Assembly (NCBI GenBank): GCA_963514005.1
Contig: OY740789.1
Span: 68,324,001 to 68,388,000, forward strand
Direction of reading: 5' to 3'
Length of the DNA stretch: 64,000 nt
Source of the DNA: Raja brachyura
Lineage: Eukaryota
Shown here: in pieces, positions 1 to 10,540 of the stretch
How positions within the stretch are numbered: the stretch's first letter is position 1
Layout: each line of letters opens with the position of its first letter
Notes under the pieces: generated by a model
What the model saw: only the letters and a program-made list of their open reading frames with translations
What the model was told of the DNA's origin: nothing
The model's database searches: none
Position numbers and translations under genes: made by a program

Positions 1-1417
1 CTTATCTTTAGTTGGAGGCATTTTATCTTTATCGAGAACAGAATAGTTGAATGGTATGGAGAGTCCTGCAAAGAAAATTGAAAAGGGTGGAGGCGAGGTA
101 AAATTGGATCTTATCAGCGTGCATATGAAAATGTAATGGAAACTCTGAAACCCCTATGTCACCCCACTCATAGCCTAGCTCAATTTCCCAACGTATCCCC
201 ATACCCTGTTGAAGCTGAATCATTGAATATATTCAAGACGGAGTTGGATATTGTTCAGAGGACTTGAAATATAAGGATGTGGGAAGAAAGCAGGAGCAGG
301 GAACTGAATGTGGGTGATCAATCACGGTCAGATTAAATGGCGGTGCAGGTTCCTAGGGACGAATGACCTGCTTCTGCTCCTATTTCCTATGTTTCCATGT
401 TCCCATTCCCTTGATTGTCGAGAAGCCTGTTGATCTCAGTCTTGGATACACTCAATGTCTGAGTGTCCATGGTTGAGAATTCCAAACGTTTACTATCCTC
501 CTCATAAAGAAGCATCTCTTTATATCTGTCCTACCTGATAAGTCTTATCCTGAATTTTTGATCTCTTCGTCCAGTTTTCAGTCTTGGGAAACAATCTCTC
601 AGCAGCCCTTCTGACAATCTATCCTGCTGGCAAACTTATGTGGTTGATAACAAACAAGAATTTTATTCAAGGATGCGATGAGATGCGCAGAGAAGTGAGG
701 GATGGACCATGAGAATACACTGACAGTGCTGTGGTCACGGCAGCAGGAGAAGGAAGTTTTATCAGGATGGCTAACATTTAATTCTGAAGAGAAAGTAGAG
801 AGTGGCATGGAGAGCAAGCAGACTCCCCAAGTCCACAGGACAGGCCATTATAGAGTGAATTAGACAGGGAGGAGGTTGGCAGGATTAGCTCCCACGGAAT
901 GCACTAGGTGGGAGCAACAACATGCATGGTGTTGGTGTTTTGGTAAAGGGGATATTATTTAATTGTTTTTGTAGTCTTTGCCTGTAACTCAACACCACAG
1001 CATTATAAATCTCTCCTGACCCTGCCATATCCTCACCCGCGGTGGTTATCTAGGGTTAGCCATAAAGCTCCTGACGGCGGGCAGGGGAGGTCAAGAACTT
1101 TGATTTATAAAGCTTTAGTAGTTGTAATTTGTAGTCTGGAATTTCCCCATCAATTTATTGGGAACATTATGCCCTCGTACTGAGCCTCGAGGGAGATTGC
1201 GGCCCTGTCGGCTTGTCTCTTGTGAAAGGATAACAGCAGGGGCAGCTCTCACATATCAAGGGGTCGTTAGATGTTCTTTCACTTGGATGCCTTCTCCCAT
1301 CGGGTTTACTCCCCACACCCCGCCTCTATCTGCTCCCCAACCCTTGCTGATTGCTCGCTGCTGTGTGTCGGTTGCAGTATTGCTGTTGCCTTTGTGAACC
1401 AGCCATTGTCTACGCAG

Positions 1418-1496
1418 GTGTTGAGGACAGCAGAAGATATAGCGACTCGCCTTGCAACGGAGAAAGCCTGCACATGGCTGTCCACCAATATCACAG
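1418..1496 (+). CDS. CDAN1: CDAN1 exon ([26 protein letters not shown])
   Basis: tacgcag|GTG...ACA G|gtacgg; 79 nt, phase 0 to 1. Confidence 0.92.
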
Positions 1497-4400
1497 GTAC
1501 GGAGGAGCACAACTGTTCTTTCTCCAAGGGAGGGGGAGGGGGTGCAGAGAGGGTTCACTACTGACCCTGCATCCACCGGTCTCCTTGTCCCCCTCTTCTA
1601 ACCTCCCATTACTACCTAACACAGCCTCTCTATTCTCCTCTTCTCCTGACGTGATAAAGTGGCCCCTAATTTATCACGTCAATGTGATTGACAAGTCTAC
1701 ACAATTAAGTGATAATGTTAACATGTTGACTTGAAGCGATGATGTTGGCATATTGACCAGAAAGTGCTGGAGGAAATCAGAAGGTGAGCAGCATCTGTGG
1801 AGAGAATGGATAGACAACGTTTTGGATTAGAAGCCTTCAGATTGAATGGGGCAGCTGGTCGACCTGCCGTCTCACAGCACCAGACACCCAGGCGTGATCC
1901 TGACCTCCAGTGTTAACTGTGTGGATTTTACACGTTCTCCCTGTGACCCTGTGGGTTCCTCCAGGTGCTGCTGTTTCCTCCCACATCCCAAAGACGTGTG
2001 GGTTTGTTGGTTAATTGATCTTTGTAAAATTGCCGCTGGTGTCTAGGGATGCAAAAGTGATAACGTAGAACTAGTGTGAACGGGTGAGCAGTAGTTGATG
2101 AGGCAAAAGGCTCATTTCGATGCAATATCTTTAAACTAAACACTGAAGAAGGGTCTCGACCCGAAACGTCGCCTATCTCCTTCACTCCTTAGATGCTGCC
2201 GCACCCGCTGAGTTTCTCCAGCTTTTTGTGTAACACTCCCTCCACTAATGCTGATTTACTCCAGCACTTTGTGCTTTGTGCAAGGCTCCACCATCTACAG
2301 TCTCTTGTGTCTCAATAGTAGCATATTCATTAAATTACTGCACATTAGCTCATTAATTGACTGCACCAATGACAACTAACAAAGGACATTGAAAAGGTGC
2401 ACATGTCAAAACATGCCTTGATTTAATCTGTAGCCTCAGCAGCAATCACTGTCGGGTGCTGGTGAATAACAAATGTGTATTTTGTTGGTGCATTGCTTAA
2501 AGTGCAGCAACAGGTGGTAGTGCCAATTGGTTTGCTCTCTACATCAGACTCTCTTTCTGTTTTGTCATCAGCTTTAATTAAGAAAGAAATGACCCTCAGC
2601 TTTGAAAGACTGAAGAAATCTCGAACGATGCAATCGGCAAATACAACTGAGGCTTCCGGAACAACGGGTGGTTGCCCACCGGACTGTAAACACGATGCAC
2701 CCTCTCCTTCCAAGGTAGCCAGCGAGTTTAAGGTATGTTACATTAGTCTTAATGAGGTGGCTCAGAGGTTCTTGGAGCAGAATTAGGCCATTCGGCCCAT
2801 CAAGTCTGATCTGCCATTCAATCATGGCGGTTCTATCTTTCCTTCTCAACCCCATTCTCCTGCCTTCACCCCATAACCCCTGACACCCTTATTAATTACG
2901 AATCTGTAAATCTCCACCTTATAAATATCCATTGACTTGAGATGAAGGGATGCTTCAAAAGTTAATGTCGTTGATTAACAACAAACAAAACTTGTGCAGT
3001 TTTTCCCATCTTCATTTCTACTGGAGCCTGATAAATTGAGTATATCATATGGAATTTTTATTTGTGTACTTTTATGAGTACAATTTATATTCATTTTCCT
3101 GATATTGTGTGATTGGAGTAGCTATCTGTGATATATTTACCTAATTGATTAGAATTGCTTTCACCTGGTTTGGATTCCTGCAGTTGGCTACTGATTTTAT
3201 TAAGCAGTAGAGGATTGAAAAAAAAATCATATAGCATTAATTGCAGATATTGGAAACATTCAGCAGATCAGGCTGCTGTGGAAAGTTATCAATTTAGTTT
3301 GATGAGTGTTGCTAAGAACCGGAAAAGTAAATGTGCCAGAGCGCTCTCACTGCCTAATGTTTCACTCTGGTCAGTAATGTTTTCAAGAGAGAGCTAGAAA
3401 GGGTTCATAAAAATAGCAGAGTCAGGGGATATGAGGAAAAGGCAGGAACGGGGTACTGTTTGAGGATGATTAGCCATGATCACATTGATTGACTGTGCTG
3501 GCTCGAAGGGCCAAATGGCCTACTCCTGCATCTATTGTCTATAATATAGCCTTATGGGCCTTGTAGGAAAATACTTGTGTCTCCTTGTTTATGCTCCCCG
3601 GAGTCTTGATATTCTCATTTTGTGAGTTTTGTTCTCAACAGGACTCAAACTTGAGAAATGTTATAGCTTTGTCCTGGAAAGCTGAGTAACTATGGTGGCT
3701 ATCTAGGGATGGCAGATGCTATGCTGTGTTAAGTTAGAAATAAGGCAAAGGTTAGGGTCACAGGCAACTGTGACCCTGTTCTCCATGCATACATTTTGCC
3801 GAGATTCACTGGCTTGAGTTTAAAGCATGAAAGCTACCCAAGAGATTGGAATATTTCTGAGTGCTATGGGAAAATCTGAGTGGACAGCAATGACCAAGAA
3901 CAAGAGTTTCACAACTTCAGTCTTGTAAGCCTGAGACATTTTCCTAACTAATCAAAGCCTGCGTGCTGATCTCTTTGATGTTTCAAAATGCATTGGTCTA
4001 ATAAATCCATGATCCTGATATGATAGGGAAAATAAATTCATGATCCTGATATTGATTTTTTTTTTCAATTTTCTGTAGAACCCCCATAGCCTAATTGTTT
4101 TTTTGTCGTTTCCAAAGGAGCTGCTGAGTGTAACATTGGGTCCCAGGAATAAGGACGAAACAGTGGACCACCAGGAACTTGACAGTTTATTAAGAAGATT
4201 AAGCCAAACGCTGAAATGTAGACAGGTAGGCACTTTTTTCAAGGGCAGATGCATTGCTAGGATTCTTTTACATTTGCAATCAATGAATTGCCTTCCATTC
4301 ACTCTATGGCAGGGAATATAGGTACTTGTGTGTTCTCTGAAAATAAGGGAGAGTTACAGGTGAAGAGTCATCAGTCTGTCAGTGTCAGCATGGAGCAAAG

Positions 4401-7400
4401 CACTTAGTGATTTCTTGTAACTCTTTGGGGCAATAGTCAGAAAGGAGACAATAGGCAGAGCAGAATTGGTCAGGATGGTAAAAGAACACGAGAGAAAAGA
4501 GTGGGGAGGTTTGCTGATGTGTTTGGGAGGAGGAGGATGGATGCTGGCAAGATCTATTTTGGAAATCTCCAAATGGCTTAACATTCTAAGTTCAGCATTT
4601 TATTCCGATTCTCAACACTGAAGAGGTGGCCCTTGTGATGGATTGTAGCCTTTTTTCTTACAGTACATCTGTCCGGTAATTGAACAGGCCCTTGCCAAGT
4701 ACACCGTGGAGCTTGCATCTTTATTAGGTAAGCAAATGTGAAAACGTTTATTTTCTTCCAGTGTCCTGTGTGTTTTCCACCTCCTGGTGTAAACTTTGAT
4801 GCAAAGCAAGTTTTGTAGTTAATGTTGTTATTAGAATTAGTGCTTAATCTTTATAGAATTTTGATTTTGCTGGTGAAATCAATGATATGTAACTAAAGAG
4901 AAATATATGATTAATGATGTGTCAGTCCCATGTTTGGGGCATTGCAAATGCATTTCTGCCCTTTTTCACAACCAGTATGGTAGCCAAATTACACAACAGT
5001 GAAACCCACAAAACCACAATTAAAAATTAGACTTCTTTCAAGATTATTTAAGAAGGGCAAATATTGGGAAGTTCACAGGTAACATCCTCCCACTTGACTT
5101 CACCTGCGGTTTCGGCTGATTTATATTTCTTGAAGTTAACGGGAGCATTGGGATAATGCTTCAATTAACAGGACAGGAGGTAAGCGACAGCCTGGGTGCA
5201 ACTGCTTCTGCCTTACCCTGGACTTTAAACTGTGATATGATCGTACAAATGTGTCTGAGGACTAAAGTTTTTATTGTGTTTCTCATTGAACCAGAAGCTC
5301 ACTGCATTTGAAGACACAAGAGACTGTAGATACTTGAATCTTGAGCGATTAAAAACAAATTGCTGGAGGAATTCAGACTAAAAAAGTCCCCACCCAAAAC
5401 GTTGTCTATTTCAGTCCAAAGATGCTGCCTAGCCCGCTTAGTTCCTCCAGCACTTTGTTTTTGCTTACTGTATTTGACTTTCTTCTAAGTGCGTTTAAAC
5501 TATTTGTGAGGCTAATTGGAGAATTATACTATGACTATACGCTTTAATAAAAAGGGTAATTGTTTTAACATATTCATAGGTGAAATCTTATACTTTGCTT
5601 TCAGAGAACTTGCAGGATCATTGCTCTTGTTCTACAAGATTATTTTATTGTCACGTGTACCGAGATACAGTGAAATGCTTTTGGTTGGGTGCAATCCAGT
5701 CAGCTGAAAGACTATACATGATTACAGTCGAGCTAACCAGGTACAGGATAAAGGGATTAAGATTTAGTGCAAGATAAAGTCTGATTAAAGATAGTCCGAG
5801 GATCTCCAAAGAGGTAAGTGGTAGGTCCGGACAGCTCTCCAGTTAATGATAGGATGGTTTAGTTGCCAGATTACAGCTGGGAAGAAACTGTCCCTGAATC
5901 TGGAGGTATGTGATTTCACCCTTCTGTACCTCTTGCCTGATGGGAGAGGGGAGAAGAGGGAGTGACCAGGGTGAGACTAGTTCTTGATTATGTGGCGGAC
6001 TTGCTGAGGCAGAATGAAGTGTAGATGGCTAGTCCACAATATGGTGATATTTACTCCCAGGATCTTTCAGATTTCAACCATCTCAACTTCGTCGCTGACA
6101 GTGTATACTGTATCGCTTTGCATCCTAAAGTCAATCTCTGTCTCCTTTTTCTTGCTGACATTGAGAAGAAAGTTGTTGCCTTGACACCAGGTTATGAGGT
6201 TCTCAATCTCCTTCCTGTACTCCGTCTTGCCCATTTGATATCTGGCCCACTGCGGTGGTGTCATCCGTAAATTAAATTTAGTTAGCTTAAGGTCCACCCA
6301 GATGAATTTGTAAACCAGCATTTGCAGTACTGTATTTCTATTTTCTGAATGCTCTCATTTTTTGTAGTTGCAGGGGAAGTTCCATTATCTGATCCTACCG
6401 AGGAAAATTACAGGGAAGAACCTTCTCATTATGCATCTGTCCACCAATTGCTCACATTACTCCTTGCTTTGTGGAAGGACGATTTCCGTGTTCGCGTACC
6501 CCTTCAGCTAATGTTCAGTGAGAAGAACATTGCCTATACAGTGCGGACAGGAAATCGAAAGGTAACCTTTGTTGACTGCTCTTTAAGTGTGACTTACCCC
6601 ATTGTGAGCAGTCTTTATTCATTTGGTCAACAATTGTATTAATTATATTTGTGGGTTTATTCCTTATGTCCGTGGATTGTGACCACGTCTTTGATTGGAT
6701 TAGGGACGTGATTTTATGGGATTTGGACCAAGCTCAGTTATAAATATTGGTGAAGGCCAAACTTTGCTGAATAATTACGCCAAAATGTGCGTTTACTATC
6801 AAATAGACAGGCTTCATTGTCTTTCTACAGGGTTCCTGAAGCAGAGATCTCGCTCTCTCCCTCAGGGTACACTGTCTGCAGGGAGTGAGTGAACCTCAAT
6901 CAAATTATGTATGTATAGATCGCACCAAAAAGTATCCAGAAAATGCTACTTTTTCAGTATGAGGTCAGAATGTTTTTATTGGTTCTTGCTTTGTGACATT
7001 AGGCTTCAGTGAGCAGCAACCAGCTGAGGTTTTTTGTTTCATTTCTTAGCAGAAGGGACTGGGAATTAATGACATGGAAGGTAGGGCAGTGATAAACTAC
7101 TTCTGCAGGAAGGTGGGAGATCAGGGAACTTCCAATGTTCCTGGTAACTATACCATGGAAAGTATGTCAGCTGCAGCTCCTGTCAGACTGTGCAGAGCCA
7201 TGTGGAACGGGCGAGCCCTCGCTGGGGCTTGTCGGAGGGGAGCGCTCTGTTTCGCTGGCAGCCGGCAGCCTGAAGTCGCAGTCTGCAGAGCTCCAGCTGG
7301 CGCGGCGTCCTGGGCCTGGGATACCTCGTGGGGGACCCGGGAGAAGAAGAAGCCACCACTGCCGGCCCGCGGCCAACTTCTACCGCGGGTCCGGCGTGGA

Positions 7401-9308
7401 CCTACCATCAGGAGCTGGGTCCCTCACCGGGGACCCCTGGAGGGGTACTTCAGGCCGCGACGTGGCTGGAACTTTAAATCTTTGCCGGCCTGCGGCCTAC
7501 ACTAACCTAAAGCCGCGGTCTCCGTTGGGGAAGAGCCCACTGGACTTACCTGGACTTTTACCTGTCTGTTCATCTGGACGCCTGCGGCGGGTTGAGGTCC
7601 CGACCACGGGGGAAAATGGAGGAGGACTGGCCAAATTTTGTGCCTTCCCCCACAGTGGGAACCATTGTGGGGGGATGTTTTTATGTTTTATGTTAAATTC
7701 TTTACTGTTGCGTTTTATTTTTATTGGTTTGCTGCAGATGGCTCTGATAACATGGGTGCTGGAGGCGAGAGTGAACGCTGGCGCGATTGGCTGCCGCTGC
7801 TCTCTCTCCGAATTGTGTATTGTTGCTGTATATGTTGTTTTTGTTTCATGCTTGTGTTAATTGTAAGGTGTTCTTGAGAGTCCTGAAAGGCGCCCTATAA
7901 ATAAAATGTATTATTATGTGCTAGATGGTATATTGAATCAGTTGGTCATACATAGGTATAGAGAGAAAGGAAATGTGTGAACTGTTGGCAGGTGCAGGGT
8001 TCCTCTGTGCTCATTCCCCTCCTAAACAGATCTTGTTTATTGTTGGAGAGGGATAGCCACTAGAGGAAGGTGGCAGAAACAGCCATGTTTGGTTCTGATA
8101 CACAACAGCCTGCCGGAATTAGAGGAACAGGTACGTCTAAATGCAGTACGGTTACAGGAGTGAGGATTTTAACATTCCCAATATAACTGGGATCGTCTTC
8201 ATGTATGGGCTTTTAGATGGGGCGCAATTTGTTAAATGTGCCCGGCAAGGTTGTTTGAGACATACTATATCTCACCCAATGAGACTGGGCAGATGGTGGA
8301 CATGTCAGTGGATAATACTTTGGGAATAGTGACTGCATTTTCTATATGTTTCAAGGTCACTATGTTTGGTCCTCAAGTTAAGGTTCTAAATCTCAGTTAA
8401 CCTGTAGGTACAACAAACAGTTCGGAAGGGAAACAGCTGGATGGTATGCAGTATGAGGGGCATATTCATTGTTTTTTTAATTGAATGAGAAGTTGCTCTA
8501 GAAGGTTCAGTTGTTGTGTATACACAAACTAGCTTGAGATCAATAGCTTTGGGGGTATTTAAAGGAATCAAGATCTTTAGGGTGGGGAATGTTGAAAAGG
8601 CTTGGAAAGCTCTGTGATCTCCTAGTTGTACAACAATGGCCAGCAGTTCTTGCTTTAAAATTAAAATATGATGAATCCAAAGGAACAGAGGAAATTCATT
8701 GTAGGGGTTATTGAAAAGCCTCGGATACCTATTTTAAAAGGCCATACGAACACTTTTCGATCTGTTACGTGCCTGTTTGTTGTCTTTGTGCTTCTGAAGG
8801 ATGGTGTAGTACTTACTGCCAGACAGCTTTAGTTTGTTTTTTTGTGAAGAACATAATCTAATGCAGCAGGTTTGCCAATTTCTGTATATTTACCAAGGAA
8901 CAAAAATATTGGTACAAGTCAGATCAGTTTCTATTTCAAAGTTGTTTTTAACCAGTTTCTTCTCCCTCTAGTCACAGTGGAGTAAGCTCTCCTTCCTACT
9001 TGACGGTCTCACTATGCAGGGGTTGATGAAAGCTGTGGAGATAGAGCGTTGCTGGATGGACCTTTCACAACTGCACTGGCCCCAGGTAACAGATTTTGGT
9101 TTACAATAGATACAGAGATCCAGTGGCATCTCTGTTAGCACAATCTAAACTATTTATGTATTAGTAAAAACACTAAAGTCTTGAATTTTAAAATGTCTTT
9201 CAGGATTTCAAATATGTGATAGAATCTGCACTTAAAATGTGTTCAGAACTGCCAAAGACAGATAAAGTGGAAGAACAGAAGGCAAATGAGTCAAGATATA
9301 TTGAGTAA
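1418..9308 (+). CDS. CDAN1: Codanin-1, 3' part (7 coding exons, about 272 aa; the 5' exons lie left of the window)
   Basis: The spliced peptide [33 protein letters not shown]...HDAPSPSKVASEFKELLSVTLGPR...[36 protein letters not shown]...LLALWKDDFRVRVPLQLMFSEKN...HWPQDF matches the recalled vertebrate CDAN1 C-terminus ([48 protein letters not shown]). It is convergent with STARD9 as in mammals. Confidence 0.93.
1845..2140 (+). mobile_element. tRNA-derived V-SINE/HE1-like SINE (other copies at about 12530-12745 (-) and 46950-47250 (+))
   Basis: A/B-box-like head and V-domain gttctccctgtgacc..tgggttcctccaggtgct...ttcctcccacatcccaaagacgtg. Confidence 0.75.
2143..2170 (+). ncRNA. Minimal type-I hammerhead ribozyme core, PLE-terminal type, perfect copy
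   Basis: CTGAAGA-A-GGGT(CTCG)ACCC-GAAA-CG-TC; all core nucleotides present, palindromic ACGT helix III, GUC triplet; helix I weak. Confidence 0.7.
2572..2732 (+). CDS. CDAN1: CDAN1 exon (ALIKKEMTLSFER...CKHDAPSPSKVASEFK)
   Basis: catcag|CT...AAG|gtatgt; 161 nt, phase 1 to 0. Confidence 0.9.
4118..4225 (+). CDS. CDAN1: CDAN1 exon (ELLSVTLGPR...SQTLKCRQ)
   Basis: tccaaag|GAG...CAG|gtaggc; 108 nt, phase 0 to 0. Confidence 0.92.
4664..4727 (+). CDS. CDAN1: CDAN1 exon ([21 protein letters not shown])
   Basis: ttcttacag|TAC...TTA G|gtaagc; 64 nt, phase 0 to 1; not in the ORF track. Confidence 0.92.
5630..6270 (-). mobile_element. Rex1-type LINE 3' fragment (other remnants at about 52920-53226, 55340-55690 and 59465-59805)
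   Basis: EYRKEIENLITWCQGNNFLLNVSKKKETEIDFR; 3' end resembles 62100-62400. Confidence 0.7.
6368..6561 (+). CDS. CDAN1: CDAN1 exon (VAGEVP...LWKDDFRVRVPLQLMFSEKNIAYTVRTGNRK)
   Basis: ttttgtag|TT...AAG|gtaacc; 194 nt, phase 1 to 0. Confidence 0.9.
7195..7917 (+). mobile_element. CpG-rich non-autonomous retroposon with an L2-like tail, apparently nested in a CR1 5'/ORF1 remnant
   Basis: Tail tgtaaggtgttcttgagagtcctgaaaggcgccctataaataaaatgtattattat; internal hairpin core shared with 61257-61320; left boundary approximate. Confidence 0.55.
8978..9085 (+). CDS. CDAN1: CDAN1 exon (WSKLSFLLDGLTMQGLMKAVEIERCWMDLSQLHWPQ)
   Basis: cag|TGG...CAG|gtaaca; 108 nt; aligns by eye to human [25 protein letters not shown]...QWPG; an alternative in-frame acceptor lies 6 nt upstream. 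Confidence 0.88.
9204..9308 (+). CDS. CDAN1: CDAN1 terminal coding exon (DFKYVIESALKMCSELPK...RYIE*)
   Basis: tctttcag|GAT TTC...TAA at 9306-9308; begins with DF like the mammalian last exon. Confidence 0.8.
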   Translation, partial: DFKYVIESALKMCSELPKTDKVEEQKANESRYIE

Positions 9309-9475
9309 AACACAGGCTTGGATTATGACTTATAGAAAGAGGAAAGACGTGGTCTATTTTTACAGTATTTTACAATTAATGTGTCATTTGATTTGGATAT
9401 TTTATTAAAAGTTATCAGCTGGTAAATTTAATCAAATATTCAAATGAATATTTTGTAGTTCACATTGGACTAGCT

Positions 9476-9481
9476 AATAAA
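9476..9481 (+). promoter_or_regulatory. Candidate CDAN1 polyadenylation signal AATAAA (alternatives at 10150-10155 and 10189-10194)
   Basis: First AATAAA after the CDAN1 stop, followed by T/GT-rich sequence. Confidence 0.4.
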
Positions 9482-9631
9482 TGAACCACTTTTTTATTTG
9501 TGTAAGTAATCTGATGTTTGGCCTTGATTTTTAAGTTAACAATTAACTGGTCCTGTTCATTGTTTACAGTTGGCTACACTGTGGGCTGCAACAAAATGAG
9601 GAGCTGTTTCTGTCCTGTCCATGGATGGAAA

Positions 9632-9790
9632 GGGCCTGTCCCACTTAGGCTGTTTTTTAGACGACTAGGCTGTCGCCACATGGTCTGGAGTAGACTCCTC
9701 AGTCGCCCAAAGAGTCGTAGCTGGATTTGCAACATGTTCAAAAAATTTTGGCGACGGTGGGTTGACGCCAATGAGCGTAGGTTGTCGCCT
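9632..9790. mobile_element. Truncated related MITE between the two stop codons
   Basis: Starts GGGCCTGTCCCACTTAGGC and shares the internal caacatg.t.aaaaaatt motif with 13028-13668; second TIR not found. Confidence 0.6.
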
Positions 9791-10438
9791 TCAAATCTCA
9801 TAGGGAATGAGATTATTCACAGCAATATTTAAGGTGAGATTTGAGGCAAGTATTTTATAGAGAGAGAATGCACTGCCAGGAGAGGTGATGGAAGCAGGTA
9901 CAGTAGTGGCATTTAAGAAGCATTTGATATTGGCATCATGGTCTTTTGCTGAATTGGCTTGAACTGGAGGAATTAGGACACTCTCTTTGTAAGGCATTTG
10001 CAGCTGAAAAGCACACAAAACAATAATTCACAGAATAATATTCACAAAATATTTAATGCTTATTTTTGTTTGAAAATCCAATATAAACTAATTATTATAG
10101 AAATAATTGTATATAAAAAGTTTCATATAAAAGGCTTCCCCAGTTTATAAATAAAGTTCAATTTGGACCTTTGATTTTGGCATACAAAAATAAAAATTTA
10201 ACTGTACATTTTACTTAAAATACATAGAACAGCTCGTAGTTAACTTGCTGAGAAGTAGCTCAACTTGTCCATTGGAAAGTGATGTATTTATCTTTGAGAG
10301 GTTTGCAATAATGTAGAAATATCCTAGTTTTAACTTGCTCAAGATGTTTATATTACCACCTCAGCCAGATAGGTAACCATGTTCTTGAATGTGTTCAAAT
10401 CAGCTGCTCAGCTCCATCCTTCACTGGGTGTGGCACTG

Positions 10439-10540
10439 TCAGCAGGAGAGTAAGCTGGTGACGTTGGCAATACACAAAGGCTGCTGCTTGGCGAGTGACT
10501 CCAACAGGTTGGGAGGAAGAGCAGGAGCACCAAGATCAAC
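10439..10540 (-). CDS. STARD9: STARD9 terminal coding exon ([33 protein letters not shown])
   Basis: ttttcag|GTT...TGA (stop at 10439-10441). Confidence 0.93.
   Translation of the reverse strand, partial: VDLGAPALPPNLLESLAKQQPLCIANVTSLLSC

Noticed and set aside
600-1350. Unassigned intronic sequence with a partial GACTACAA-like motif on the - strand near 1115-1137
   Set aside because: No complete ZNF143 site, RNA gene or CDAN1 exon could be supported.
7074-7860. 143-aa and 241-aa ORFs and a CpG-island-like stretch
   Set aside because: They lie within a GC-rich retroposon in a CDAN1 intron, and the peptides have no recognisable domain.
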